Shown: positions 9,678-19,314 of the stretch, one piece after another
Numbering within the stretch: the first letter of the stretch is position 1
Layout of the letters: each line of letters starts with the position of its first letter
Assembly (NCBI GenBank): GCA_017443235.1
Contig: JAFSOV010000004.1
Span: 974-64,973 of the forward strand
Source of the DNA: Alphaproteobacteria bacterium
GTDB taxonomy: Bacteria; Pseudomonadota; Alphaproteobacteria; Rs-D84
Direction: 5' to 3'
DNA length: 64,000 bases
Notes under the pieces: model-generated
Database searches by the model: none
What the model saw: the letters and a program-made list of their open reading frames with translations, nothing else
Told to the model about the DNA's origin: nothing
Made by a program: the position numbers and the translations under genes

Positions 9678-10652
9678 ATGAAAAAATTTGGGATTATCAT
9701 TTGTGGCATTTTTATGATTTTTTCTGCATTTGCCATGGGTGAAAATGTTCCAACATCCAAGAATTATGTGGATACCGCCGTTGCGGTAAAACAAGACAAA
9801 ATTTTGGCAAATGATGGTACGGCCCAGGTTTTAACCAACACGGGCACCGCGGGCGAAGTTGGGACAAAAGAAATCTATGATTCCACCGGTTCATACTTGG
9901 CACAAACCGATGCATTGATTGACGCCGTCACAATGAACACGGCGGTTCAAAACGCAATCAACAGTGAATTCCAATGCATTGAATACAACCCGAACGACCC
10001 AACCGATTGTTGGATAATGGATATTTTCGGCGAAACCGGGCAATCCATTTTACCATCGGGATACACCGCATTGGAATATATCGCCGGCACCGGAACACAA
10101 TACATTGATACGGGCGTTATACCAGATAATCTTACAGGCATTGATATAAAATTCAATAAATCCGCCACTGGAGACCAAGTCGTTTTTGGGATACTATCAT
10201 CGGTGACCACCCAACAATTATATATTAATCCTGTGGGCGGCAGTATTTATCTGCCATTTGCTGAAAAATATAATCAAGCGAGCGCCGGTATCCCGTTCAG
10301 CAACAATCTCGATTTTGATGTAAAGATTAATTATTTGAATGACAGGAAACGATATGTCAATGCCCGAAAAGCACCGGATATAAACAAAACACTAATTTCG
10401 CCGGAATATACAATGTACCTGTTTGCGGGCCATAGCGCAGGCGGGGCCGCCCGATGGTTTTTTAATGGTAAAGTTTATTATCTTAAAATCACAAACGGCG
10501 CCACAATTACGCATGATTTCGTTCCCGCGCGGCGCGATAGTGACGATAAAATTGGAATGTATGATATGGTCAGTGGCACATTCTTTACCAACTCTGGCAG
10601 TGGTGAATTTATTGCCGGGCCGGTTGTGAATTTGTATGTACCAAGCAACTAA
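9678..10652 (+). CDS. secreted protein, YVD-motif family, with a C-terminal tail-fibre-like module
   Basis: Signal peptide, then TSKNYVDTAVAVKQDKI and QCIEYN..DC blocks shared with 24672-25085 and 60538-61164. RBS AGGGGAA. Confidence 0.7.
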   Translation: MKKFGIIICGIFMIFSAFAMGENVPTSKNYVDTAVAVKQDKILANDGTAQVLTNTGTAGEVGTKEIYDSTGSYLAQTDALIDAVTMNTAVQNAINSEFQCIEYNPNDPTDCWIMDIFGETGQSILPSGYTALEYIAGTGTQYIDTGVIPDNLTGIDIKFNKSATGDQVVFGILSSVTTQQLYINPVGGSIYLPFAEKYNQASAGIPFSNNLDFDVKINYLNDRKRYVNARKAPDINKTLISPEYTMYLFAGHSAGGAARWFFNGKVYYLKITNGATITHDFVPARRDSDDKIGMYDMVSGTFFTNSGSGEFIAGPVVNLYVPSN

Positions 10653-10655
10653 CCG

Positions 10656-11357
10656 CTATTCCCGCCAGATGACGGTTTCAAACAGGGAATTTATTTCGCT
10701 GCGTAATTTTTCATCATCAAAAAATGCGTTGCGCATCGCCGGCGTGGTGCCATGTTCGGTATCTTCAAAATGCGGAACATATTTTTGCACCGCAAAGTTT
10801 TTGAACCCGCGCGCGGCCACGTCTTGTGCAATTTTTAATAAATCATCGGGCGTAACATATCGCGGGTCCACGGTCGTCCTGACCTCGGCCGGTTTGCCGG
10901 TTTGCGCCCACACGTCCAGACTTTTTATCATCCGTTCATATGCGATATTTACGCCCGTCAATTTTTCGTAATTTGTTTTGGTTGCCTTGTAATCAATGCC
11001 AATCCAGTCAATTAAATCCGCCGCGTGCGCTAAATTTTCCGGATAAAATCCATTGGTGTGCAAACCAATGGAAAATCCCAATTCCCGCACGCGGCGCATA
11101 TAGTCAAATAATGGTTCGCCCTGCATCAACGCTTCGCCCCCGGAAAAGACCACCGCCTCTAACCGGCCGACACGCGTTTTCAACCATTCAAAGACTTTTT
11201 CGGGGTCATATTCCCCCACCCCGACCGGAATCAGATGCGGATTGGAACAATATGCACAACGAATTGGACAACCAACCAAAAACAGCACGCACGCCAATTT
11301 GCCCGGATAATCTATCGTTGTGAACGATACCAATCCACCAATCTGAATCGTATTCAT
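10656..11357 (-). CDS. nrdG: anaerobic ribonucleotide reductase activating protein (radical SAM)
   Basis: CPIRCAYC CX3CX2C cluster motif. Lies directly downstream of nrdD. Confidence 0.85.
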   Translation of the reverse strand: MNTIQIGGLVSFTTIDYPGKLACVLFLVGCPIRCAYCSNPHLIPVGVGEYDPEKVFEWLKTRVGRLEAVVFSGGEALMQGEPLFDYMRRVRELGFSIGLHTNGFYPENLAHAADLIDWIGIDYKATKTNYEKLTGVNIAYERMIKSLDVWAQTGKPAEVRTTVDPRYVTPDDLLKIAQDVAARGFKNFAVQKYVPHFEDTEHGTTPAMRNAFFDDEKLRSEINSLFETVIWRE

Positions 11358-11360
11358 TTT

Positions 11361-11546
11361 TTATGCGGCCATTTTTAATAATTCGGTATGACGCGCACCG
11401 GCGGTCAAACTGTTCGCTTCGGTAAAGGTTTTTCTTTCGCAGAATTCCGAATATTTACCAATGTTAAAATTGCTGGTCGGGCGGATAAATCCCATGCTGC
11501 GTGAGAAAACTTCGCATTTTGTTCTTTGTTGTGTATTTGCAATCAT
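11361..11546 (-). CDS. stand-alone glycyl-radical domain of class III RNR (61 aa)
   Basis: CEVFSRSMGFIRPTSNFNIGKYSEFCERK aligns with the NrdD C-terminal RVCGYLG...FNAGKQEE block. Own RBS AGGAAAGGAGAG. Confidence 0.7.
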   Translation of the reverse strand: MIANTQQRTKCEVFSRSMGFIRPTSNFNIGKYSEFCERKTFTEANSLTAGARHTELLKMAA

Positions 11547-11595
11547 TTTTTACTCTCCTTTCCTGTTTTTTTTGATTGTTTGTTTTATGGTTCTT

Positions 11596-13638
11596 TTATG
11601 CCTTGTTTGATGCGTCATCGGTACATATTCCCAATTCTGCATCGCATTTTGGACAAAACTCGTGCCGACCCGGCAAATACCCATGCTTTGGACATATTGA
11701 AAATGTCGGGGTAAGTGTCATGTACGGAATTTTATAGTTTTCGAATATCGTGCGGACAATTTTCTGGGCCGCTTCGCCGGATGACACCGGTTCACCCATA
11801 TACAGGTGCAACATTGTGCCACCGGTGTATTTCCGTTGCAATTCTTCCTGGTGTTCCAGGGCGACAAATGGGTCGTCCGTAAAGTTCACCGGTAATTGCG
11901 TGGAATTTGTGTAATACGGTGCCTCACGCGTGCCGGCGGTAATAATATCAGGGAAGTTTTTCACATCGGTTTTTGCAAAACGATATGAACAGCCTTCGGC
12001 CGGTGTTGCCTCCAAATTATACAGATTTCCGGTTTCTTCTTGGAACGTGGCCAATTTATCACGCATAAAGTCCATCAAATCCAAAACGAATTTTTTACCA
12101 AACGGTGTCGCAATATTTTCTTTGCCGTCTGTAAAGTTCAAAACCATTTCGTTCGCGCCGTTCACACCGATTGTGGAAAAGTGATGATTCCAATTTCCCA
12201 AATAACGGCGGGTGAACGGATACAAACCATTTTCCATATGTTTAGATATCACGCGGCGTTTGATTTCCAAAACTTCACGTCCCATATTCATAAGGCGTTC
12301 CAATTCGCGATACAAACCTTCGCGGTCGCCTTTGTGACGGTACCCCAGGCGCGCCAAATTCATTGTCACAACGCCGATTGAACCCGTTTTTTCCGCCGAA
12401 CCAAACAGCCCACCACCGCGTTTCAACAGTTCACGCACATCAAGACGCAGCCGACAGCACATTGAACGAACATCCGTCGGATTCAAATCAGAATTCAAGA
12501 AATTTTGGAAATTTGGAATTCCGTATTTTGCCGCCAAATCGAACAAAGGTTTAACGTTCGGGTGATCCCACGGAAAATCATCCGTTATATTATATGTTGG
12601 AATCGGGAAAGTGAACGGACGACCATGCGCGTCACCTTCGGTCATAACCTCGATAAATGCCTTGTTTATCATATCCATTTCGGCCTGCAAATCGCCATAG
12701 GTAAAATCAACCTGTTTTTTGCCGATAAATGGACGTTGGGCACGTAAATCCTTGGGGCATGTCCAATCAAATGTAAAGTTAATAAACGGCGTCTGGGTTC
12801 CCCAACGGCATGGCACCGCACAGTTAAACACCAATGTCTGCATTGCGTTTTTCACATCGGCATACGACATATTATCAACGCGGACATACGGTGCCAGGTA
12901 TGTATCAACCGAAGAAAACGCCTGGGCCCCGGCAAATTCGTTTTGCAACGTCCCCAGGAAATTCACCATATGCGAAATCGCGGTCGCCATGTGCCGCGCC
13001 GGTTCGCATTGCAGGTATCCCGGCACACCATTGAAACCTTCGTACAACAATTCGCGCAGTGACCAACCCGCACAATAACCGGTCAACCACCCAAGGTCAT
13101 GAATATGAATTGCGGCACTGCGGTGTGCATCGGCAATTTCTTGCGGGAACATATTCAACCAATATTCTGCGGTGACGCGTTCACTGGTCCGCAAAATAAG
13201 ACCACCAATAGAATAACCAATATTCGCATTTTCTTTGATACGCCAATTAGAACCACCGACATAACTTTCGATAATTTCAATCGCATCAACATTTGCGTTA
13301 CGAATTTCAGAATGTTTTTGACGATATATAATATATGCCTCGGCCGTTTTGTATGCGCGTGCATCCATCAATTTGCGAATCACTGTATCTTGAATTTCTT
13401 CGACCGATGGCGTGCGTCCCATAAAATTATTGTCCAAATCACTTAAAACATCGTTTGTGATTTGAACAACACGTTCATCAGATATTTCATTCGTTGCCAC
13501 GGCCGCCTTTTTAATGGCTTCAAAAATTTTCTTAGGCTCAAACGCCACCGTTTCGCCCGAACGCTTTTTAACACTCATAACATTGCAAATAAATGTCGGC
13601 GCGACCTGCATTTTAACCTCTTTTTCGTTATCAGACAT
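11596..13638 (-). CDS. nrdD: anaerobic ribonucleoside-triphosphate reductase, large part ending after the Zn ribbon
   Basis: N-terminal ATP-cone (VKKRSGETVAFEPKKI), class III RNR core, C-terminal CPKHG..CPKC. ATG at 13638 with GGAG upstream. Confidence 0.9.
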   Translation of the reverse strand: MSDNEKEVKMQVAPTFICNVMSVKKRSGETVAFEPKKIFEAIKKAAVATNEISDERVVQITNDVLSDLDNNFMGRTPSVEEIQDTVIRKLMDARAYKTAEAYIIYRQKHSEIRNANVDAIEIIESYVGGSNWRIKENANIGYSIGGLILRTSERVTAEYWLNMFPQEIADAHRSAAIHIHDLGWLTGYCAGWSLRELLYEGFNGVPGYLQCEPARHMATAISHMVNFLGTLQNEFAGAQAFSSVDTYLAPYVRVDNMSYADVKNAMQTLVFNCAVPCRWGTQTPFINFTFDWTCPKDLRAQRPFIGKKQVDFTYGDLQAEMDMINKAFIEVMTEGDAHGRPFTFPIPTYNITDDFPWDHPNVKPLFDLAAKYGIPNFQNFLNSDLNPTDVRSMCCRLRLDVRELLKRGGGLFGSAEKTGSIGVVTMNLARLGYRHKGDREGLYRELERLMNMGREVLEIKRRVISKHMENGLYPFTRRYLGNWNHHFSTIGVNGANEMVLNFTDGKENIATPFGKKFVLDLMDFMRDKLATFQEETGNLYNLEATPAEGCSYRFAKTDVKNFPDIITAGTREAPYYTNSTQLPVNFTDDPFVALEHQEELQRKYTGGTMLHLYMGEPVSSGEAAQKIVRTIFENYKIPYMTLTPTFSICPKHGYLPGRHEFCPKCDAELGICTDDASNKA

Positions 13639-13663
13639 ATCAAACTCCAATTTTTGTCAAAAA

Positions 13664-13711
13664 ACACAAGATATTGTGTCCGTTTTATCGTTTCCATAAC
13701 AATATATAGTT
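13664..13711. promoter_or_regulatory. pair of NrdR-box-like palindromes upstream of nrdD
   Basis: ACACAAGATATTGTGT (13664-13679) and ATAACAATATATAGTT (13696-13711), centres 32 bp apart. A third similar site lies at 13723-13738. Confidence 0.5.
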
Positions 13712-13892
13712 TTTGCATTTTATTCACAATATATAAAACGTAATTTTTTTTATTTTTTTTACTGGACATTTCAAAACGCACGTTATCCGCACCTTTCAGG
13801 ACTATTGTCTCGGCACACTTTGGGCACCAAAACGCATTTTGTGTCAATAATTTATAAAAAGCACCCAATAAATCGATTCGAAAAACGCAAAA

Positions 13893-13939
13893 ATCACAAC
13901 ATATAGTCAAAAAATTATTAAAATGTGTCTATATGTTGA
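13893..13939. promoter_or_regulatory. second pair of NrdR-box-like palindromes
   Basis: TCACAACATATAGTCA and TGTGTCTATATGTTGA, centres 31 bp apart. Confidence 0.45.
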
Positions 13940-14141
13940 ATTTATAACAATTTTTCTTGAAAAACCAAAGTGTTGCGGGACGCGACCGATTCTAACACAG
14001 AATCGGTAAAACAAATAAATGCCGGAAATCCGGCATTTTCACGAATCGAATCGATACAATGGTTATAAACTATATTTTAGGTTGTTTTTCCTTATGTTTC
14101 TGGGGTATAATGAATATATTCATAAACCCCAGGGGAATCAT

Positions 14142-15737
14142 ATGAAAATACAAGATTTACAAAATGTATATGATATGTTGGTGCGCGCATGCACCGAAAA
14201 CAAGAACCGCATTTTCTTTATTCGGCAAAATGAAACCTATGCCGATTTATTGCGCGCGGTAAAGCGGCGCGCGGTGGTTTTGGCCAAACGCTTTCAAATC
14301 AAGGCGGGTGATACGGTCGCATTATTGTCCGGGAACACACCCGAATTTATCAAATCTTATTTTGCGATTTTGTCCCAAGGTGCGCGCGTTTTGATGTTGG
14401 ACACCGGTTTGGCACAAAGCGAACACATCAATATGATGAAACGCACAAATTGTAAATTGGCATTGGCGCAAAAATCGTACTTTATTCCAAACGGCCCACA
14501 AATGTTTGATATCGAATCAGTTGATGATACCGATGAAAAAGATTTTGTTGCCGCAAAATGTGGACGCAACGATTTGGCGATGTTGTCTTTTACATCGGGT
14601 TCCACCGGCAACCCAAAAATTGTCGGTATCACACACAATAATGTATTGGCGTTGGGGCACGGCGCCCAATTTTATCGTGCGGTTGTAAAACCCAATGATA
14701 TTTTTTATGGGTTTTTGCCACTGTATCATATATACGGCGTGGTTATAAATATAATTACACCGTTGGTATTGGATGGACGATTGTTATTACAACCGGTGTT
14801 GAACCCAAGGGAATTTTTGCGTGACTTTCATGAGTATAAACCTGAAATAATACCGGCCGTTCCGCGTATATGGGAAACATTTTATAAAAAGATTATTCAA
14901 TCTGCGCGCGAAAAGCATGTTTATACATTGATGCGAATCATTGTATCTATGCGTCACGTTTTGAATAATATTGGGCTATCGTCACTGGTTCGGCGGGTGA
15001 CAAGACCGGTGCATGATATATTCGGTGGAAATACACGCGTATTGATTTCGGCGGGCGCGACACTTAAACCAACAATCCGTAAATTCTATGAAAGTATGGG
15101 GTTTGTGGTTGGCGATTGCTATGGATTGACCGAAACAACGGGACCGGCGAATTTCAACTTTGCATTCAAATTGCCGGATGGTTCAATGCACTATGCGGGG
15201 CCACTGGCTGGGAACGAGATTAAAATCCACAACCCCAATAAACAAGGCATTGGTGAAATATGGGTACGCGGAGAAATGGTTATGCCGGCATACATTGACA
15301 ATGACGCGGCAAACAGTGATTCATTTGAAGATGGGTGGTATAAAACCGGTGACATCGGTGTAATCGATTCGCGTGGCCGATTGGCCGTCAAAGGACGCAA
15401 GAAACAGGTCATTGTTTTGGACAGTGGCAAAAACGTATATCCGGATGAATTGGAAGATTTGTACATGCAAAATGACGAAATTTTGGCGGCGGCCGTGTTT
15501 GAATATACTATACATGGAAAAATCGTTCCATTCGCCGTATTCCAGGTTGCACCGGGCACATCAATGGCGCGCACCGCAATGTTATTAAAGGCATCAAACC
15601 TTAAAATCGCACCATATAAATGGGTAAATCATTTTGCGATAACGGAAAGCGAATTACCACAAACATCCGCCAAGAAAATAAAACATTATATGGTTCGTGA
15701 AATGTTGGATGCGGGTAAATTTGAAGTGTCAAAATAA
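14142..15737 (+). CDS. AMP-dependent synthetase / long-chain acyl-CoA ligase family
   Basis: AMP-binding motif SFTSGSTGNPK, YKTGDIG, GRKK. The internal ATG at 14142 has RBS AGGGGAA. Confidence 0.8.
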   Translation: MKIQDLQNVYDMLVRACTENKNRIFFIRQNETYADLLRAVKRRAVVLAKRFQIKAGDTVALLSGNTPEFIKSYFAILSQGARVLMLDTGLAQSEHINMMKRTNCKLALAQKSYFIPNGPQMFDIESVDDTDEKDFVAAKCGRNDLAMLSFTSGSTGNPKIVGITHNNVLALGHGAQFYRAVVKPNDIFYGFLPLYHIYGVVINIITPLVLDGRLLLQPVLNPREFLRDFHEYKPEIIPAVPRIWETFYKKIIQSAREKHVYTLMRIIVSMRHVLNNIGLSSLVRRVTRPVHDIFGGNTRVLISAGATLKPTIRKFYESMGFVVGDCYGLTETTGPANFNFAFKLPDGSMHYAGPLAGNEIKIHNPNKQGIGEIWVRGEMVMPAYIDNDAANSDSFEDGWYKTGDIGVIDSRGRLAVKGRKKQVIVLDSGKNVYPDELEDLYMQNDEILAAAVFEYTIHGKIVPFAVFQVAPGTSMARTAMLLKASNLKIAPYKWVNHFAITESELPQTSAKKIKHYMVREMLDAGKFEVSK

Positions 15738-15742
15738 ATAAA

Positions 15743-15758
15743 CCACCCAATTGGGTGG
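15743..15758. terminator. palindromic bidirectional terminator
   Basis: CCACCCAATTGGGTGG between convergent genes. Confidence 0.5.
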
Positions 15759-15763
15759 CTTAT

Positions 15764-17005
15764 TTAATTGTGACATACCGCAACATACGGGTAAATTGAT
15801 TTTGATGTATCAATTGTTCCCATCCCGCAATCCAGACAATTGAACTTTCTGTTTTGCGAATGTGCAGAATCAAACGGCACAGATGATGCGGTAATTCCAC
15901 CCACATTGGCAACGTACGCAGCGTTTGGAAAACCAAAATAAAACGCACGTGACGCCCCCGCACATTCCGCCGCACGTCCCGGATAGCATGACGGCGAAGT
16001 TATTTTTGTTTCATCGGGGACACATACCGCATCGCACGTAGATTCATCTATTATCATTTTTTCACAATCTGTGCACGATGTATTCACCAATCGCAATGTG
16101 GCGCCACTGCGTCCACGAATCGCACGCGGACCAAATTGGGCGCATTTAGAATCCGTTTTGATTTTATTTGGGTCTTCGACACATTCCCATTCCAATGTTT
16201 CATAATTCAAACGCGCCAACATATTGTTCGGACATGTACGTTCACCAAACGGATTTATGCATTCCCAAACATTATCAACTATGACCGCGGTTTGTTCACC
16301 AGAACACAGGGGTTTGCGGCTTTCGTCCGGCACGCATTCCATCAATGTTGAATCCCACACCGTATCGCCACCACAACTTGTCTTCAAATTATATCCAACA
16401 CATTGCCAACGACCAAACCGATATGTTTTTGTTGTTCCCACAGGGCATACCACATCATCCGCGGCAACGGCGGAAAATACCCTTTCGGCATCCGGCGCAT
16501 CATAGTGGGTCATATAAATCAATTGTCCATCTTCAAGATTAAGATTTTTTTGAATTGCATCGGGCACGCTGCGTTTTGCGGTTGTTCCGCCGGCAATAAC
16601 AACACCTTCTTGATATATACCAAGGGTGCCACTGGTTGAAAAATTTTGTTCCAAGATTTCCATCATTTCGTTGTAATCTGATGTATGCAATGCCCCGGTG
16701 GTTGTTATAATAAAACTGTATTTTGGGCGTTTGGAACCGGACGTGTCGCACGCGGTCACCGCAAGTCGCGAATCCAGACATACAAATTCACTTTTAACCC
16801 CATATTGCTCGATACAGATGTCTTCGAATTGACCGCCCGCAATTTGTGCATTATGTGCGGCAATTGCGCATTCGGCAACCGAACGCAAATCGGCCACAGA
16901 AATTGCATAATCTGTTTCTTGTTCGTGAATACGGGCGGACGGGCCAAAAAACATATAGTATCCCGCCATAAAAACCGATATTAACATCACCAGAAAAATA
17001 TTCAT
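15764..17005 (-). CDS. cysteine-rich membrane-anchored/secreted protein, function unknown
   Basis: 413 aa with an N-terminal hydrophobic helix and many Cys in repeated C..C patterns. Confidence 0.55.
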   Translation of the reverse strand: MNIFLVMLISVFMAGYYMFFGPSARIHEQETDYAISVADLRSVAECAIAAHNAQIAGGQFEDICIEQYGVKSEFVCLDSRLAVTACDTSGSKRPKYSFIITTTGALHTSDYNEMMEILEQNFSTSGTLGIYQEGVVIAGGTTAKRSVPDAIQKNLNLEDGQLIYMTHYDAPDAERVFSAVAADDVVCPVGTTKTYRFGRWQCVGYNLKTSCGGDTVWDSTLMECVPDESRKPLCSGEQTAVIVDNVWECINPFGERTCPNNMLARLNYETLEWECVEDPNKIKTDSKCAQFGPRAIRGRSGATLRLVNTSCTDCEKMIIDESTCDAVCVPDETKITSPSCYPGRAAECAGASRAFYFGFPNAAYVANVGGITASSVPFDSAHSQNRKFNCLDCGMGTIDTSKSIYPYVAVCHN

Positions 17006-17078
17006 CTTTCCCCCTTGCGATTTAATAAAACTCTAAGTATTATATAAATAAATTTCAAGGAAATTTTTATTTGCATGG

Positions 17079-17558
17079 GTGCAAGATATGAAAAGAATTC
17101 TTATGTTTATTGTTTTGTGCGGGTGTGGGTTCACGCCAATGTTTTCTGGGGACCGTACGGATATCTATGTTCCTGTAATCCAGGGTATTAATGGTATCGA
17201 ATTACGCAACGCGTTGAACACAAAGTTTGGCGGCCCACACGATGATGGTGCGCCATATGTGTTGCGTGTGACATTGAATAATCCAATCACAAAGTACAAG
17301 GCATTGGAACCAACCGGTGACGCCACATGGCAAGAGGTTCGTTTAACCGCAAAATACGTATTGGAACATAACGGCGAAAAAATCGCCAGTGGCAGTGAAG
17401 CCGCCGCAGAATCATATACTTTCGTGCGATACTTGGTTGCGGCAAACGCGTCATATAACAACGCCGTTGCAAACACCATAACCGTTTTGGCGGATAAAAT
17501 TGGCACCCGTGCCATTGCCCAGGTTTCTGAATACGAACGCGGAATAACAAAACAATGA
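17079..17558 (+). CDS. lptE: LPS-assembly lipoprotein LptE-like
   Basis: Lipobox IVLCGC, ~155 aa, immediately upstream of and overlapping holA as in proteobacterial lptE-holA. Confidence 0.6.
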   Translation: MQDMKRILMFIVLCGCGFTPMFSGDRTDIYVPVIQGINGIELRNALNTKFGGPHDDGAPYVLRVTLNNPITKYKALEPTGDATWQEVRLTAKYVLEHNGEKIASGSEAAAESYTFVRYLVAANASYNNAVANTITVLADKIGTRAIAQVSEYERGITKQ

Positions 17559-18544
17559 AATGGAAAGAAGCCGATTTTACCAAAGGAATTCAATCTGTGC
17601 GTGCCGTTTTAATATATGGGCCGGACGCAGGTTTGGTTGATGAATTGTGCGATAAATCAATCGATATTTTATCGATTGACAAAGACAATATATTCGCGTT
17701 GGATTCCGGTGATTTGCGCGATAAACAAGACGCCCTTTTTGCCGAGGCATGCACCCCGTCCATGTTTGGTGGTCGCAAAATGGTTATTATTTCCAATGCC
17801 GGCGATTCAGATGCAAAAATCATCAATGATTTGGTTGAACACCCCGGTCTTGATGCGATGGTGATTATCACCGCCGGCGATTTGCGTGCGGGGGGGGGCC
17901 TGCGCACACTGTTCGAAGGCGGCAAAGATTCGGCGGCAATTGCGTGCTATACCGATGATGCGCGAACGTTGGAAACATTGATACGCAACGAACTTTTTAC
18001 AAACGCGGGCATCAAACAGATTTCACCGGACGCGATGGCGTATATGTTAAATCACCTTGGGGGGGACCGTGGAATCACACGTGGATTTTTGGGTAAAATC
18101 GCACTGTATGTTGATGACAAAAAAACCGTCGATTTGGAAGATGTGGAAAAATGTCTGCCCGATACAGGGGCGGCAAATACCGATGATTTTTTGTATTCTT
18201 TGACGGCGGGCCATATTCAACAGACGATGTTGGCATTGGACCGTTTATTATACGATAATGCCGAACCAAATATGTTGGTGCGTATGTTGGACCGGCATTT
18301 CAAAACATTGTTGACCGCGGTGGTGGACGGACAATTGCCACGACTGTTTTGGAAAGTGACCGATAAATTTAATATGGCGATGAAGATATGGTCGGCCACC
18401 GATATTTCGGCGGTATTGGTCCGTCTTAACGAATTAGAATCGCAAATAAGAACCACCGGTATGCCGGCGGAAATTTTATTGCGTGATTTTGCATTAAAAT
18501 TGGTATTAAAAACTTATAAAATGTCTATTAAACGGAGGAATTAA
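17555..18544 (+). CDS. holA: DNA polymerase III delta subunit
   Basis: 329 aa. Family-like N-terminal block (VLIYGPDAGLV) and the lptE-holA context. Confidence 0.75.
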   Translation: MKWKEADFTKGIQSVRAVLIYGPDAGLVDELCDKSIDILSIDKDNIFALDSGDLRDKQDALFAEACTPSMFGGRKMVIISNAGDSDAKIINDLVEHPGLDAMVIITAGDLRAGGGLRTLFEGGKDSAAIACYTDDARTLETLIRNELFTNAGIKQISPDAMAYMLNHLGGDRGITRGFLGKIALYVDDKKTVDLEDVEKCLPDTGAANTDDFLYSLTAGHIQQTMLALDRLLYDNAEPNMLVRMLDRHFKTLLTAVVDGQLPRLFWKVTDKFNMAMKIWSATDISAVLVRLNELESQIRTTGMPAEILLRDFALKLVLKTYKMSIKRRN

Positions 18545-18545
18545 A

Positions 18546-19313
18546 ATGTTGGCATCTGTGTATGCACCAAAAGATTTTAAGCGTTTGCGCGTTGTTGGCG
18601 ATTTGGTTGCGCGGTGCTTTGACCATATAACGCCGTATATTTGCGCCGGGATTTCAACCGGCGAAATTGATCGTATGGTCGCAGATTTTTTGAAGTCGAA
18701 TGGTGCGCGTTCTTCGGATTTGGGGTACCAGGGATATCCAAAAAGCATTTGCACATCGGTCAATGATGTAATTGTGCATGGCATCCCAAGTGATGATGTT
18801 ATATTAAAAGACGGCGATATTGTGAATGTGGATTTAACCGCAGAATATAAAGGGTTCCACGGTGATTCTTCGCGTATGTTTATGATTGGTAATGTGTCAC
18901 CCCGCGCACGTGAATTGGTGCAAACGTGCCAAGATGCATTGAATGCGGCAATTGCGGTATGCGCGCCGGGCGTGCCGTTGTCCGAAATCGGCAAAACGAT
19001 TGAGGCGGTTGTTAAACCCCACGGTTTTTCAATATCACGTGATTTTGTTGGACACGGCATCGGCAAAGTTATGCACGACGACCCACAAATTTTTCATTTC
19101 TATGATAAAATGTGGGACCGCGTAAAAATGGTTCCGGGGTTGGTGTTCACAATTGAACCGATGATAAATACCGGACGGCCCGAATGTAAAATTGATGCCG
19201 ATGGTTGGACGGCACGCACGGTGGATGGCGGGTTGTCTGCACAGTGGGAACACACGTTGGGAATTACCGAAGACGGTGTCACGATATTCACAGAAAAAAT
19301 GATTCAAGAATAA
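18546..19313 (+). CDS. map: type I methionine aminopeptidase
   Basis: VHGIP, DIVNVD, GHGIG, FTIEP and WEHT metal-ligand blocks. Confidence 0.95.
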   Translation: MLASVYAPKDFKRLRVVGDLVARCFDHITPYICAGISTGEIDRMVADFLKSNGARSSDLGYQGYPKSICTSVNDVIVHGIPSDDVILKDGDIVNVDLTAEYKGFHGDSSRMFMIGNVSPRARELVQTCQDALNAAIAVCAPGVPLSEIGKTIEAVVKPHGFSISRDFVGHGIGKVMHDDPQIFHFYDKMWDRVKMVPGLVFTIEPMINTGRPECKIDADGWTARTVDGGLSAQWEHTLGITEDGVTIFTEKMIQE

Positions 19314-19314
19314 A

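Noticed and set aside
14019-14141. Upstream extension of the acyl-CoA ligase ORF to 14019
   Set aside because: The extension has no family similarity and is AT-rich promoter-like sequence. The ATG at 14142 has a proper RBS and aligns with the family N-terminus.
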